Source: Selaginella moellendorffii (lineage: Eukaryota > Plantae > Lycopodiophyta). Taken from it: a stretch of 64,000 bases of DNA. Below the pieces are notes generated by a model. It was not told where the DNA came from, did no database searches, and saw only the letters and a program-made list of their open reading frames with translations. Every line of letters starts with the position of its first letter. Positions within the stretch are counted from its first letter, which is position 1. The position numbers and the translations under genes were made by a program. The DNA is taken from assembly GCF_000143415.4 (NCBI RefSeq), contig NW_003314292.1:319178-383177 (forward strand), written 5' to 3'. Below, piece after piece: positions 12,341-26,772 of the stretch.

Positions 12341-13822
12341 TAGAAATGATACTGCAATAGTAAATTTAAACTGTTTAAGGAAGTACCATAAAGATATAAA
12401 CATAAATATTGTCTATATCTTATAGTCCAAAACTATAGATAAGATTTTGGATGAAGCCCTTACAAAGATTCATACCTAAGTCCACAAATAAGGTGGCCAA
12501 CTGGATGAAAAATATGGGTCTAGAAAAATTTTACAAAGCTACATTAAACTTTATAGGATCATAAGAAGGCAAACTTGTTTTTCAATTATGGGATCATGAA
12601 AAATTGACTTTTAAAATAGATAGAAGGGATATTAAGATCACTTATGATTTTATTTCTATATCTCTTTATAGAGCTAGATCAATGGAATTAGATAGAAGGA
12701 GTAATCTTTCATAATAAGCTCAGACAAGGATTTATTCATGTAAAACAAAGGGAAAATATGTCCTCTAGGAAAGATTCATCTTTACGTTAAAGAAACCTTC
12801 ATATATTTGAATGCTTTCTTTGATAGGGAAGTTTCAAGGAAAGAAATCAAGGGATACATTGGATAAATATTTCTTTTTCTGGAGTAGGCTTTTTCTCAAA
12901 ATCTTGCTAGTATAGCTTATAGAAATTTTCTCTAGACAATGTAAAATTTAGAGGAAAGAAAAAAAGGGGCAAACACTCTAAGAGTAATGTCTATATTTTT
13001 CTTGCCCTACCAACAAACCACAAAGATTGAGTAATGAGTAAAAAACCACAATGAGTAAAAATTGCCACAAGGAAAAAAAATTCTACAATACGTTTGCATA
13101 TAAAAGCAAAAGAAAAAAACTTAGGGCTAACGTAGTAAGTCAAAGTGATTTAGGTAATTTGGAGGTAGCTAGGGAGCTTTTTTTTCTCTCTCATTCTTTC
13201 TCTATCACTCATTCCATGCCTACGCTTTCACCAAGATGTGCTGACACTCTAAACTTATTTATGAAATAATGTATAGCAACTCAAATGCCACCTAAAGTTG
13301 TGTAAGAGCAAATGCTATTACTACCGCCTACTGGGTCAAGCGCACCCTTGATTGAGTGGAGTAATCTTGTCCTTATGCCATCGCCATAAGCCATCAACTC
13401 CACTCTTGAAGCACTGTCGATGCAAAATCTCTCTTGGGCACCTTCATTGGCATTGCATTACATCTCCCAGTTGCCTAATGCCGAGTGTTTTACCTACAAA
13501 TCTTTACGAATTGCAAAAAATGCCTAGGCAAGATGAGTATGTGGAGAAAATCTCGTCTAGCGACAAGGAACTTGATTATGGCCAACTAAAGCTATCTAAG
13601 GAGCTTGTGCTTTCTCCCTATGACAAGTTTTGGATTAATGCTTTTGGGTTTTTTCGCCTATACAAAGCTACTTGAAGGAGAAATATCAATTGAGCAAGGG
13701 ATCGAGCTCATGTAGAAGTGGTACCTATCAGAACATGCATTTCTTTTTCACGGACAAGTCCATCCCTTTGGACTCACCTAGTTTGCTCAGATTTTTCACC
13801 TAGATAACAAAGGTGAAATAAT

Positions 13823-14628
13823 CATAATGAGTAAAAAGGATCACATGCCTGATCAATATGTTTTCCCTAACTACACATATGGACGAGGAGGCAATTTCAC
13901 CTACTTAAAGCCCGACTATCATACTAGGCTTAAAGTGTTGTATGCCATTATTGATGGGAGGACAATTGTGCAAAATATAAGCATCAAGATAGCTTGCCTA
14001 TTGAAAGTTATTGAGACTGAATAGCAATGAACATAGCTCATTTCACCTATAATGGATTTGTGGCCAAAATGAAGAATGTTGCTTTATAAGTAGGCAAGGG
14101 AAGGCAAGTGAAGATGGGCAATTCCCATTGATTAGTGGCTACTTAAAAATATAATATACCCTTAAGCAAGGTATATTCTTACCACTAAATTTGAAATCGT
14201 ACGTATTGAGCATCTATGCGTACGTCCTTCCTCTTGTGTGGAGTATCCACGAATGAAGGTATCCACCGTGGGATTGTAGTACGGGTGGATGACTAGTTGC
14301 TTCACATGGAATAACTAGTCTACACAATAGAAGGATTGGTAGATTAAGTGCGAAAATGGAGGTAAAAGCAACATTCTTCATTTTGGCCACAAATCCATTA
14401 TAGGTGAAATGAGCTATATTTATTTGCCATTTAGTCTCGATAGCTTCCAATAGGCAAGCTATCTTGATGCTTATATTTTGCACAATCGTCCTCCCATCAA
14501 TGATGGTATACAACACTTTAAACCTAGCATGATAGTCGAGCTTTAAATAGGTGAAATTGCCTCCTCGTCTATATGTGTAGTTAGGGAGGACATATTGATT
14601 AGGCATGTGATCCTTCTTACTCATTATG
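13823..14628. repeat. ~263-bp inverted duplication (arms 13823-14085 and 14365-14628)
   Basis: The same peptide MSKKDHMP..YVxPNYTY.RGGNFTYLK appears on both strands, and the nucleotide arms are reverse complements at roughly 90% identity. Confidence 0.9.
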
Positions 14629-16359
14629 CTACCACACCTCACCTTTCCATTGAGCCACCACCTCTAGTATCTCCTTTGAGGGAGATAGCAAGGGATATGG
14701 ATGTGGAGAAAAATCCCGATAATACAGATTCAAGTGAGGAAAATTCTCCCCTCAAAAAGAAACTCTATCTAGATCTGAAAATCCAAGCTGTGAGACCTCT
14801 AAAGTTCATTCTTCATAAATCTAGTGGCTGAGTATGCTGCAGAAAAGCTAGATGTAACAAGTACGGTGATAAAACACCATACTCGGATCAGAAACAAAGT
14901 CGTGACTCATCTATGTCTATAAAGACAACCCTGATGCCAATACAAATCTTTCTAGGGAAATGATGAGTACACAAATGGACAACACTAGACAAATGATGGA
15001 CATTGAAGTTGTGGAAGCAATTCCACAACTTAGGCCACAAGTTCTAATACACAATATGCCTATAGATGTTGTAAAACCATTATCTGTAAATACAACTAAT
15101 GAGGCGAGTTTAGGCCAAGAAGATCACGGCTAAGAAACTCAACAGGACAAAGAGGATGAGGCTACAAAAGAGGGTCTAGGTGAATTGGAAGAGTACAAAC
15201 TTAATCTTCTCCAATCCACCTATGTATCTAACAGTGACACACCCTCGACCAATCAGTCTAGTGAGATGAGGGATCCATAGCAGTAGCAGATGCGGCAGCA
15301 GCACTATAAGGTCAAGGCTAGCTGTGCCTTTGCTCACAAGGCTGCGAGTCAATCAAGCAAGTTAGCAGTCTAAAGCTTTATGAAGGAGCTTGCTCAACAT
15401 ATCAAGGGAGGAGGCAAGCAGCTAGTCAACAAGCCAATGTAACCGGTAGAAGATGAAGAAAAAGTAAAATATAGTGTGCAAGTCTTGAGCTATCTCAAAA
15501 CAATTACCAAGAAAGTGGATGGAGTCATGGGCAAGTAGAATCATCAACACCATATAATTCAAAAACTCAAGAGTGCAATCCTAGCTTCCACATCCACTGA
15601 TGCAGAATGCATCAACTGCCAAGACCAGCGCATCACAATGCTTGACTAAGAAAATTAAATTATATGTCAGGAACTCAACAATCTACACCGAAGCATTGAG
15701 CTTGTCATTATAAAGACCAAGCTCAACAACCTAGAGTAGGATTTGGAGAATCCAACTACCTAAGGACAAATAATAGCTTTATCATGGGGGAGTGGTGAAG
15801 AGGTAAATGTTTTATCCTGTGTATCTTCTCAGACAAAGGAAAAAAAGGAAACTTAGGAAAAATGGAGTTACATCTAAACTTAGGCGAAATGGAGTTACAC
15901 TTAAACTTAGGCATTCAAAGAAAAAAGACCCCACCTAGGCAATATTTGTTATAGATAAGTGAGAAGTAGTTAGAAACAGTTATAAAATCATATAGTATAC
16001 AAATAATATTTAGATGTGCTGAAAAACAACTCCCATTCACTATTATATGCATTTGCATTGAATTAACCATATTTTCTCACGCCTATAACTGTTTGTGCAA
16101 AATAGAGTTGAGAGAATGACACATACTTATCCTTACTCACGCCATTGGGATTTGAGTTTGAGTTCTCTTTTATTTTTTTCTCATTCTTCTTCTTTTTATC
16201 TTTTCTCTTTGTTCTTGTCTCTATTTGTTTATCATTATTTTGCAAATAAGGGCAAGAATATGAGTATAGGCAGAAAAAGCCTTACTCAGGGCATTTGAAA
16301 TTTTGTATGGAAGGTGATAGTAGCAATGATGGTCAAGACAATAGCAAGAAGCCTCTAAT

Positions 16360-19300
16360 TACCAAGAAAATGCATAACCATCGCTATAAATATGGTGAGG
16401 AAGGCCATTGGAAGGCAGATTATCCTCTATTAAAACCAAAAACAAGCATTCAAACACAAGTACTAAAGCTTTAAGAAGGAAGAAGGTCCAAGAAGTGCAA
16501 CGTAAGGACAAGAATTATATCTCTTTGATTGCCCATGCACTTAATGGGATTTGGAGTGATGATCCTATAGACTTGGCTTTAGAATCCCATATGATTCAAG
16601 TTGAGGGATTGCTAGGAGATTGTCTAATGCACATTTTACTAGATAGTGACAGTTTTGACAATTTTGTCCCAGCAAAGGTGATTAAGGAGTACAAGTTGCC
16701 AATGACTAAAGTGATTCCTTATGAAATTTCTAGAGCTACCACCAAGAACTAGCAGTGGGATGGTGTAGTGTGTGACATATTAGTGAAAGTTGGCAAAATC
16801 ACCATGATGGAAGATTTCTTTCTTGTGAATTTATATCATGTGGACATGATCCTTAGCACTATATGTTGATCTCGAGATCAAGTGGAGCCTTCGACATATA
16901 AAGCTTGAGTATGGTGGCATACATGATACTTAGTTTAGAAGCAATGTTCCAAACTTGACTAAGTTGATGTCGGGAATGTCTTTGAAGAGCATTGTGTGCA
17001 ATAAAGATCCAAGAGTTGGATACGTCAAAGTTTTTGTGTGGAGAATCAATGGTGGTGGAGGAACTTAAGAAGTTCAAGGACATGTTCCCAACTGAGTTAC
17101 CATGTGCCTTGCCACCTTTGCATGGAGTTGAGCACAAAATTATGCTAGAACCAAGCATAAAGATGATCTATTGATGACCGTTTCGGGGAAGACATGGTTT
17201 TTACCAAATGGTACAGATATTGTAAAGTCAGTTTTCTCTATGAGTTTTGGGCATTTTGAATTAATGGTAATTCCATTCTAACTTATGAATGCACCAACAA
17301 CTTTATAAGGCTTATGACTCACATATTTGGGTAATTTACATGACTTTATAGGTAATTTTCATGACTTTGTGGAGATTTTTCTTGACATTCTTACCTTTAA
17401 TAAGAATATGATTGAACATAGACAGGATTTGTGCAAAGTGTTGAAATTTTTACACAAGCATAAGCTTTATGCTAAGAGGAATAAATGCAAGCTTGTGCAA
17501 TCTAAATGCAAGTATTTAGGCTATATTGTCTCTACTTACAGAGTTAAGACTGATCCACAAAAGGTTGCTATCATGGAAGAATGGCCAACTCCAACAAATG
17601 TTGTTGAGTTGAAGAGTTTCTTGGAAATGGTTAGCTATTATTGCAAATTTATTGAGCACTATACTGATATTAGTATTCCTTTGACTCAATTGCTTAGTCA
17701 AAACACTCATTTTGAATGGGAGATATTGCAAGAATAAAGCTTTCAAGCTTTAAAGGATGCTTTGGCTCATGCTCCAATTTTATATATTGCAGATCCAAGT
17801 AAAATATATATAGTGGTTTTCGATGTAAATGGCTATGTTGTGTGCGGTGACCTCATGCAAGATGATCATCCTATTGCATATGAGAGTAGAACGTTAAACC
17901 CAATAGAGCAGCAATACTCTATGTATGAACAAGAGCTTTTGGCAATTGTTAATATGCTACATATGTGGCTGCATTATTTGGTGTCATGTTTATGGTGTTC
18001 ACAAACCATAAGCTGTTAGTGTTCTTATTCACCCAGAAGGAAACTCAGGCTAAGTATAATGGATGATCAAACTCATGGAGTTTAGTGAATTTCCCATCAA
18101 GCAGAAGCTAGATGTGCAAATGTAGTGGTTAATGCCTTGTCTTATGTGTACTCTATTTTTGTGAAAGGATTTGTCATGCTTTAACAGGCTATGATAGAAT
18201 TTAGTAGTATGGTTAAGCAAGTTCAGCAGCAAGATGCTAAAGTACAAAAGCTTAGTGTGCATTTGGAGCTATCTTTCTCATGCCAAAATGGCTTGCTCTT
18301 GTAAAATAGTTGGGTATATCTTCCCCAACTTGATGAGCTAATTAACCATATCCTCTATTATTATCATGACCGGAGGTTGGTCATTTTGTAGGGAGGAAGA
18401 CTTACGAGTTGATCAAGTGCAAGTTCTTTTGGAAGAACATGAAAAATAACATTCTCAAATATTACGAGATATGCAAAAATTGTCAGCAAGTAAAAGTGCC
18501 AAAGGAAAAGCTAATAGGGCTTTTGGTGCTATTGCTTATCCTAGAGGATAGATGGATGAGCATATCCATAGATTTTTTCACACATTTGTCAAGAACATAA
18601 AGGCAAAATAAACAAGTTTGGGTCATTATGGACCAAGTTTGTAAGGTTAATTCCTCTAAAGAAGGTGGGAAAGAGTGTGGATTTGGCTATAGTATACCTT
18701 GAACATGTCTTTCCTCAATTTGGTTTGCCAATAAAGATTGTGAGCAACAAAGACTCAAAGTTCATAAGTGAATTTTAGAGAAGCTTTGCAAAGCTCATAA
18801 AGATTGGCCTCAAACTAAATAGTGGGGATCATCCTTAGATAAATGAACAAACTGAGCAAGTCAACTAGGTGGTTAAGGACATGCTAAGATGCATTGTTCA
18901 TAGGTAACAAGGATAATGGGATAAATTTTTATTTCTTGTGGAGTTTGCTTATAACAATAGCTAGCATAACAGCACTAAGATGACACCTTACTTTGTGCAG
19001 TATAGCCATCATCTAAGAATAGATTTTGAGCTCAGTTTACTTGGATCTCAAGGATCTAAAATGGATGGTAAGGCAAAAAGTTTATCCATAGATGAAATTC
19101 CAAATATATGCAAAAGGAATTTAGAAGTGGCTCAAGATAAAGCTAAGAGGTATATTAACAAGCATTGAACTTTTAAAATGTTTAAGGTTGGTTTATGTAT
19201 GAGTGGTATTTTTAGTATCGCATGTAACCATCATGTTTTTAAGAGATGGGAGAAGTGATAAATTGTTTTTTAAATACTCAGGTCCTTATGAAGTTTTGGA

Positions 19301-19525
19301 ATGTATTGGTAAAGTGGCTTATTGAGTGAAGTTCCCAAGTGGAGTAAAAGTACACCCAATTTTATAAATTAGTTAGTTGAAAGGTGTTCTAACAAGGACG
19401 AGTCACAAGTAGATTCCTCTTGGATGTTTTAGGCTAAGGAAAAAGGGATAAAGCTAGAGCCCTATGAAGTGTAATTGATCACCAAGCAATCCTCACGGAC
19501 AAGGACTTTGGTTGGGGGAAAAGAT
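16360..19525 (+). mobile_element. Decayed Ty3/gypsy gag-pol; probable 3' LTR starts at ~19526
   Basis: Knuckle remnant near 16380-16425, protease ILLDSD, RT/RNase H peptides (WPTPTNVVELKSFL, PIAYESR, EQELLAIV), integrase (CKNCQQVK, WMSISIDF), and PPT-like gggggaaaaga before tgttata. Confidence 0.8.
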
Positions 19526-20619
19526 TGTTATAATCATAGGAGTAATATTAATCCATGTGGCTTAAAGTATGACAAAGTTAAATTTAATCACTTTAATTTA
19601 AACAAATTAGTTCTGTGAGTGCATGGAATATGGAAAGGGAATACAAAAAATGTGCATATCAATTAACCCAAAAAACCCTAACTTATATACAGGAACGAGT
19701 GGTCTAGATTGAAACCAATCCAACGGCTACCAAAATCCCATTATGCTAATATTAATATATAGCATCGTAGCTATACACTTGGACCTCATAGTTCATAACT
19801 AATCCAAAGGTTTTTGGACATAGTGGAAGTGGAGTGTGCCCACAACCATGAGTAATGGTGTAAAGGGCTAAGGGTGGCTAGGTAGTGATGTGCTCCATGT
19901 CAACGTGATAATTCTTTCTTAGGTTCTAACAATTAGTTTCATTGTTGGGTGCTACTATGGTGGCTATGGCATGTTGTGGTGGTTGTGGCAGCTATGAGGG
20001 TGCTATGGACTATACTAGGGCATGCTATTGGGTAATTCAATGCCTTTAAGATATTTTTATCTATGACTTTAATATTGTTTATCTTGAAGTTTGGGCTAAT
20101 ATGGGTAGATTGGCTTTAGCACTTAGTGTTTATGGTGAAATCTTTAATCATGTGGTAGCTAATGTAGATTGGTCATATCATCTGTTTTTCTCTTGATGTT
20201 CTTAATTTTCATTCAAAATGGCATGATTCACTACATATTTGTAGTAGTCTATCTAAACATTACTAATGTGTTTGGTTTGTGTACTTATAAAGGTTAGGGC
20301 TTTTTTCTTTTTTTTTTGTATCACTTGCAAGTAGGGGCATATAACTTTTTATAAACTTGTGACTACCATAAACTTTTTTTGAAGTTGTTTTCTTAGTAAT
20401 AATCTAGGCTAGAATATGCATTGACAAAGACATTACCAAAAGCTAATATTAGTGAGGCAAGGGAGGGGGGGGGGGGGGGGAATAAGTATAGCCAATTAAT
20501 TTGAAGCTTTGTTTGATTTTCTATTGGGTGTATTGGGCGTGTTTATTTTTGTTTTGCATCCAATGAGCTCTATACTAAATTAGCTAGTGGAGTATGCTCC
20601 TATTGGGATAAACATAAGG

Positions 20620-20891
20620 GGTTGACTTTATTTGTTAATAAGTGGAATTGCACCACATATTGAGACTCACATCTTGTGGTCCAGTTTGCTCCCATTAAAA
20701 CTCAAAGGGTAAGTTGTTAAGAAAGTAGGATTGGTAGGAGCATAGTGGATTGTAAGTAACCAAGATGGTTTATGAATAAAAGTGCACCCCTTATCAATTA
20801 AAGGTCTTAAGATTTTTGCAATTAAACATTCTTGAGCTTAAATAACATTGTAATGATGACCTTCTAGGAATTTTGAACTAAAGAGTCTATA
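20620..20891 (+). mobile_element. Partial copy of the Cassandra-like TRIM (internal region plus LTR with an internal deletion)
   Basis: 20620-20730 matches the internal region at 255-365 (gaattgcaccacatattga; aagggtaag.tgt.aaga.ag.agg). The LTR starts tgtaagtaacc at 20751 and has a degenerate 5S-like segment at ~20818-20875. Confidence 0.7.
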
Positions 20892-21046
20892 GTTAAATTC
20901 TACTTTGTGGTTATCTTATCATAATATAGATCTTTATTCACTTTATTCTTCATCTTTTCTTTCATATCTAGAGGTAAAAACCATGCTGTAATCTATTGAT
21001 CCTCAAACATCCCTACTAGTATTATATTGCATTATATTATTCTTAT

Positions 21047-22290
21047 AAGACACAAATCCTTAAGTCTCAAAATAAAACTGAAAGTGTGCTATGTAGCAAT
21101 GATTAAAGTAGAAATATGTGTAATATGTTTGGACTAAAAGTTCCAACTCAAAAAGTCAAGAGTAACAGTGGAACTTCTAAAAAAGCACTTGAGGAACAAA
21201 CACAAACTAATCAATAAGAGAGTCTCTAGAAAAGGATAAAAAAATGATCAACATATAAGAAGTGTCATAATACATGAAACTATCAAATCCAAGACTAAGT
21301 ACAAGCTCGAGACTGAGACTAAAACCAAAACCAAGTTCAAGACCAAGTCTAAGGCATGAAACCTAAAGTAATTGTTTCTTAAACCCTAAGGCAAGGCAAG
21401 GGGGGGGGGGGGGGGGGGGGTGTGGATAGTAGAGGGGAAGACTCCAAGGGAATTAATGTGACCAAGGATGGCTATATCTATGTGGTAAGTAATGATATAA
21501 GCTAGAGTGAATATGGATGGGTAAGTGGGGTGACTTGGTAAAGTGTTTAAAAGTTGGCTTTAGCTATTATATCGATGCTCTCAATTCAATAGATGACACT
21601 ATTTACTTAAATATTTTGCATGGCTTATCAAAACCTCACTATAGCCATATGGCTACGGCACCCTAGTAGTGAAAAGTGGGAAGAATACCTATAAAGCTTG
21701 TGTTAGGTAATAATTTGAAATGTTGTCCCAAAACCCCTAATAGTGCAAAGGAAGATGAGTGGTCCTTTTATTTAATAACCAAAGGTATGGTTATATGATG
21801 AGGAATTCTTAGAGGTTAGTGGGACTTAATAAAATGTTTTTGGGCTTTAATTTAGTGGTGGTGTTGGCAAACACTACTAAGGATGAAAAGAGATTTAATG
21901 GAAATCAAAGAAGGGATATTAGGGGCTTGTGTTCCCCCATATTTTAGTCTTAAGGATGCTAAAGAGTGATTATAAGATGATCACTCATGGATAGGATGGT
22001 TTAGTATTGGAGAGACAGGGCAATAGTATAAATAGTTTTAGACTATTAATAAAATAATAAGAATAAACATGACTTTAGCATGAAAGGTTTGTATGTCTGT
22101 GGTACTTTTGGGTGTTTAAAGTGGGATTTAGACACATGAAACGCTTAAACCAAGTGTGAAGAGAATGTGCATATGAAACCACCTTTGGGGTATTAATGAG
22201 TAACTCAAGCCAGAATAAAAACTGATAAAGGTTGTGAGTGAAACTTTTCCAAATGGTCAACAATATAATTAAGTGACTAAAGTATAGTAG
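21047..22290 (-). mobile_element. Older, diverged inverted copy of the 469-2191 LTR
   Basis: Collinear reverse-complement matches, e.g. gtttggactaaaag and gttgtga.tga.act...aagtgactaaagta. The tandem array is much shorter here. Confidence 0.75.
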
Positions 22291-22399
22291 CTAACAACTC
22301 CTTAAACTCCTTAATAGACTTCTATATTCCTATCTTCAATTATTTCTTTGGGTTCAAAGCTACTATCCTTCTTTGTAAGGTTGTTAGACCTTCAAGCCT

Positions 22400-23700
22400 A
22401 AAAAACTTTATTTCCCTTTTTTAAACTCTACATCAGTCTTTGAGAAGCTAGACTAAGCTGAGCATAAGTAGCAATAAAAATCCATAATTGCATGGGAAAA
22501 CAAAATGCATGAAATAGCTATTGGAAGATAAGTCTTCCATAGTAAACTTGACCTGTCAAAGAGCACTTACTATATTGTTTACTATATTGTCATGCAAGAA
22601 ACCTTTTCTTTTGTGGGTGTTTGTCACAATGCAATTTATAGCTATATTGCATTATACTCCCTCTATGTGAGGCTCATTTAACTTTTCAAGGTTGTGCCAT
22701 TTACTCATACTCAACTTAATCTCTAACTCATCCCTAGCCGGCCACAAGCTTCTACTTCTATTCTTTTGTTTCCATGCTTTAGCCCACAACTCAATATCTT
22801 GACATCTTAGACCATATCCTTATCTAAACTCTACTTGGGACTACTAAGTTCCTAATTAGCTATAAGTTTCTACCACCTTCCTTCTTCTATCCATCTTTCC
22901 ACTCCATCCCCCAACTAATCCACATATTGGGCACTTCTACTCCATTCCTACCTCTATTACATTATCGTATACATACTACCTTGTGAGACTTATATTGGTC
23001 CTTAACCAAGCTATTGTTGCTGGAAAATGCTTAAACAAGAATCCTTGTAGATACCGGAATCTTAGTGCTAGCTTGGGCATCTACTCCATGACTGCAACTT
23101 TCTCCTAGTCCTCAAATTCTTATAAACTTTCTACTACCACTATTCGTCTTTTTTGACAATAGATCATTGTCATTCATGTCCCCTACTTGAATCGAATCTA
23201 TCAATTTGACTCCACATTTGTGACAAACAGAGTGCAGTCTTCAAGTCCACATTGTGCAAATGCCTTGGAACTTTGTTACATACTTTCTCTACTCCTCCAT
23301 CTTCTACATGCATGAATCTCGCTCGGGCATTTGCCCTGGCTTGGCCCTCTTTTGGCTCGACCAGCCCATCATTGAGAGGCTGAGTGACTCAAAAAAACTC
23401 GTCTGTGAATTTCATCAAGGGAGTCTTTCAAAGAATTTGAGTTGTCTGTCCTCAACCAAGAAACCTTGTAGACTCGTAAACTCTTCTTCCCTTGTGCTTG
23501 AAGTTGCTATACCTCTTGATCAACTTGGTTCATGTCCCACACTTAATGTTGATCCATGGCATTGCAAGATACATGTCAATCTGTGGGGCAAATCCTTTGG
23601 AAGAACTTCAATGTCATAGAATTGATATCTAGCTCTTTTGCCATCAGGCACTACCACTTGTCAAGGCACTTGGTACAGCTACTACTTGCCGACGTTGTTT
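22400..23700 (-). mobile_element. Probable decayed retrotransposon gag/protease remnant
   Basis: A minus-strand peptide resembling gag (..YVTKFQGIC) in TE context; no intact ORF. Confidence 0.35.
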
Positions 23701-25154
23701 AGCCTTGTTGCCACTGCTTAGTGCCATTGCTTGGTGGTGCTGCTGCTTCGTGACTCTGCTACTGCCGTAGGACTTTGGAGCACCATTTGTGCTGCCACTT
23801 GAGCCTCCCTCCTAAATCCCACTTGTGTGCTGTGCCATGGTCCACACCGATGCCCTGGCCACTATGCTCCCATGCCCACCATGGTCGCTGCTGCCCATCC
23901 TCTCGTGCTCTGCCATGGTTGCTGTGGCCTCTCCTGTGCTGTGGTCCCTGCTCGCCCTCACTGCTTACAGCCCTAATCGAATTTCAAAACAAATTTGTGT
24001 ACTCATTAAAAGTAGGCTTAAAAGTGGTAAGTAGCCTTGTTTATTCTTATTACCATTTTCTAACATTTCATTTTCTGATATTAAAATATATTTATAAGGA
24101 AATTTATATAATATTCTCTATTTATTTTCTACAACTATTGACTTCCCTTCTAAAAAGAGTCTAGCCTGAAAAACTGATAAGACAACACAAGTGACAACAT
24201 TATATTTCATCTAATTCTTATGGTTAAGACTAAATATTATAATAGTTTTAATGTTGAGGCGCATGGCAATTAATCCAATAGCGAGAGCTTGTGCTACTCA
24301 CAAGGTGGGCAACAATTGAACTTGCCGCTACTAGGCCATCTATAACAAGGCATCCCTTGACTGCTCTTTTGGCATTGACTCCAGTGTGACAACCAAAGAA
24401 AAAACTTCATCTTTTGTGTCACCAGCCCTTGGCCTTACTTGAAAATGGACAATTTAATACATCACGAAAAGTTAGAATTGTCATGAAAATCATCACTAAG
24501 CTGCAAGGCTGAGTCACCATAGAGTTTTGGTATTGTTTTCTTGCCGTGTGAATGATTCCCTTACGTGGCATCTGGGGCTATAGTGCATTGCAGCACCCTG
24601 ACACCCGCACCATAAGATTTCTCATGGTCCTTGCAGCCAGACGGGAAAATCCAATGGCCTCAAGTGTTCTGTGAATGTATGAGAGAGAGAGAGCTTAGTG
24701 TCGGTGATGTTTCTTTCCTGAGGCTTCTACAGGTCCTGCCCAAGCCTTGGTTCTTTGGAGCTGCATGTAGGCATGATTAATGCTCAAGGCCTCACAGAGC
24801 CCTCATGAATTGCTTTAATTTTCTAGTTAAAGTAAAAATATTCATTTGCTAAAATACAAATTAGCTTTGTGATAATTGTTTGTTAGTAAGTGTGTGTGTG
24901 TATGTGTGTGTCTATATATATATATAAACTTTTTAGATATTGTAGATAACAATAATATTAATTATTAATTTAAATGTTTTGTTTCTTCTTATTACCATTT
25001 TCTAACATTTAATTTTCCAATATTAAATTAAATTTATAATGACAGTGCTATATAACACTCACTTATAGTTATTTTCTACAGCTATTGAATAAAAGTACTA
25101 ATTATAGTGTACACCTTAAATATAATATTAAGTATAAAGGGAAATATTTTTCTT

Positions 25155-26020
25155 ATGTCTTTTATTTATATTTCACTTTTATTAGGAATTAGTTTTAGTA
25201 TAGAATGTACAAAATTTGAATTTGGATATGAAGGAAGCACAAGTCCATCTGATATGCAAATTATTTTAAATGCTATTGATTCTATAATTTCAAGTATTAC
25301 TCAAGATGGAGTATATCCAGAAGCTTGGTCAAATGCTATTACATTACCTTTATCTATAGGAATAGTTGTCATAAAATTATCACGGTTTGCTGGAAAATCT
25401 CCAAATTGTGCATCAAATGGAAGCACAAATAAGATGGTACAAGGGCATACTATTTATGATAGCTTAAGAAATTTATTGGCTTACAACTCTTTTAAAATTT
25501 TAAAGGCAGCTGCAAGCTATGCAATAATAACTACAAAAAAGTATCAAATTTATTATAGTCGCGATGGTTCTTATGAACCAGAAATTACCAACACCCAAAA
25601 TTTAGAAACATTTGAGGATTGTGATATATTTAGAAGCACTCTTTATAGTGGTTTTAAGCATAAGCCTCATCATAATTTATATAAAAATGAATATTTATCA
25701 TCCCCAAATTCTAATGTCATTTTATTTTACATTTAAACTGTAACTTAGTTTTATATGTAGGGAGAAATAAGTTATGGCAAACTTTAACTACAAAAACAAC
25801 TATTACTCCATGCTATTTGACATTACAAAATGATGGCAATTTAGTGTTGTATTCACATATTAGTAAAGTTGAATGGTCTATAAATATATATTGTAACCCA
25901 CAACCAATTTGTATTTCACCAACTTATCTTAGCTTGCAAGATGATTGTAATTTAGTATTATATTCTTCAGTATCACCAAATATAAAATTGTGGTCAACAA
26001 AAACAATATGTAGAAAGTAG
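25155..26020 (+). pseudogene. Secreted protein with a C-terminal bulb-type (GNA-like) mannose-binding lectin domain, frameshifted
   Basis: Signal-peptide-like MSFIYISLLLGISFS. Three QxDxNxVxY-type sites: (broken)CNLVLY, QNDGNLVLY and QDDCNLVLY. A stop plus frame change at ~25734-25739 falls in the first site. Intronless and very AT-rich. Confidence 0.75.
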
Positions 26021-26772
26021 CATAAATTAATAGTTAGTAGTGAATAAATTAATAGTTAAAGAAATAATGCAGCTAAATGATATGCCTACTGCCTACATTG
26101 CGTATCCTCGTGTGAGTGTTCTCGCTCTGGCTGCAGAGTGGACATTTTCACTCCCGCCTACTAAACGGAGCTGTTTGAAGCAGGCTGAAAACAAAGTCGT
26201 TGATGGAAGCACGTTCAGACCTCATAGATTTGAGATCCTAAACTCCTTAGCCAGCTCCTCTTGACGCTTCTGGACATGAGCCATAACATCATCCAGCTTC
26301 CAACTGAGAACTCTTATCACCATACAAATGCTTGTCCCAGATCTGTGGAGCCTTGATCTCAAATACTGCACTGGGAAAAATCCAGTGCCTGTCAATGTTC
26401 TTCTTGCAACATCTCACGTTCACTGTCTGGTGGGCATCTCAGACTCGCACTCGTTGCGAAAAGTTCGTCCCCGAGACGTCCCTGGTCAGGTTCTCCACAT
26501 TGGACGTCCACGAGATCCGCTGGACACCCGCCATGACAATCGTGGGCGCCTTGGATCAAGTCCCCTGCTAGAGGTGCTACATGACTGGCCTGTAATATCC
26601 TAACATTTGGCAAGCTTTTGAAACACCAGCTCCAGCAGGTATAGTGCAACCTCGCAATCGATCTTCTTCGTGCCACTCAACTTGGTCACAGGTCCTAGAA
26701 CAATCTCCACGAATAGATTGCATAGATGGAACTCCCCACATACATAAAGTTCCCAAAACCATTAAGCTTCCA

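Noticed and set aside
20461-21420. Poly-G runs at ~20465-20480 and 21400-21420 as G-quadruplex elements
   Set aside because: Simple homopolymer expansions within decayed LTR sequence, with no evidence of function.
26040-26760. Coding-like sequence downstream of PWD
   Set aside because: Fragmentary peptides with stops on both strands and no recognisable family; possibly a pseudogene, but unsupported.
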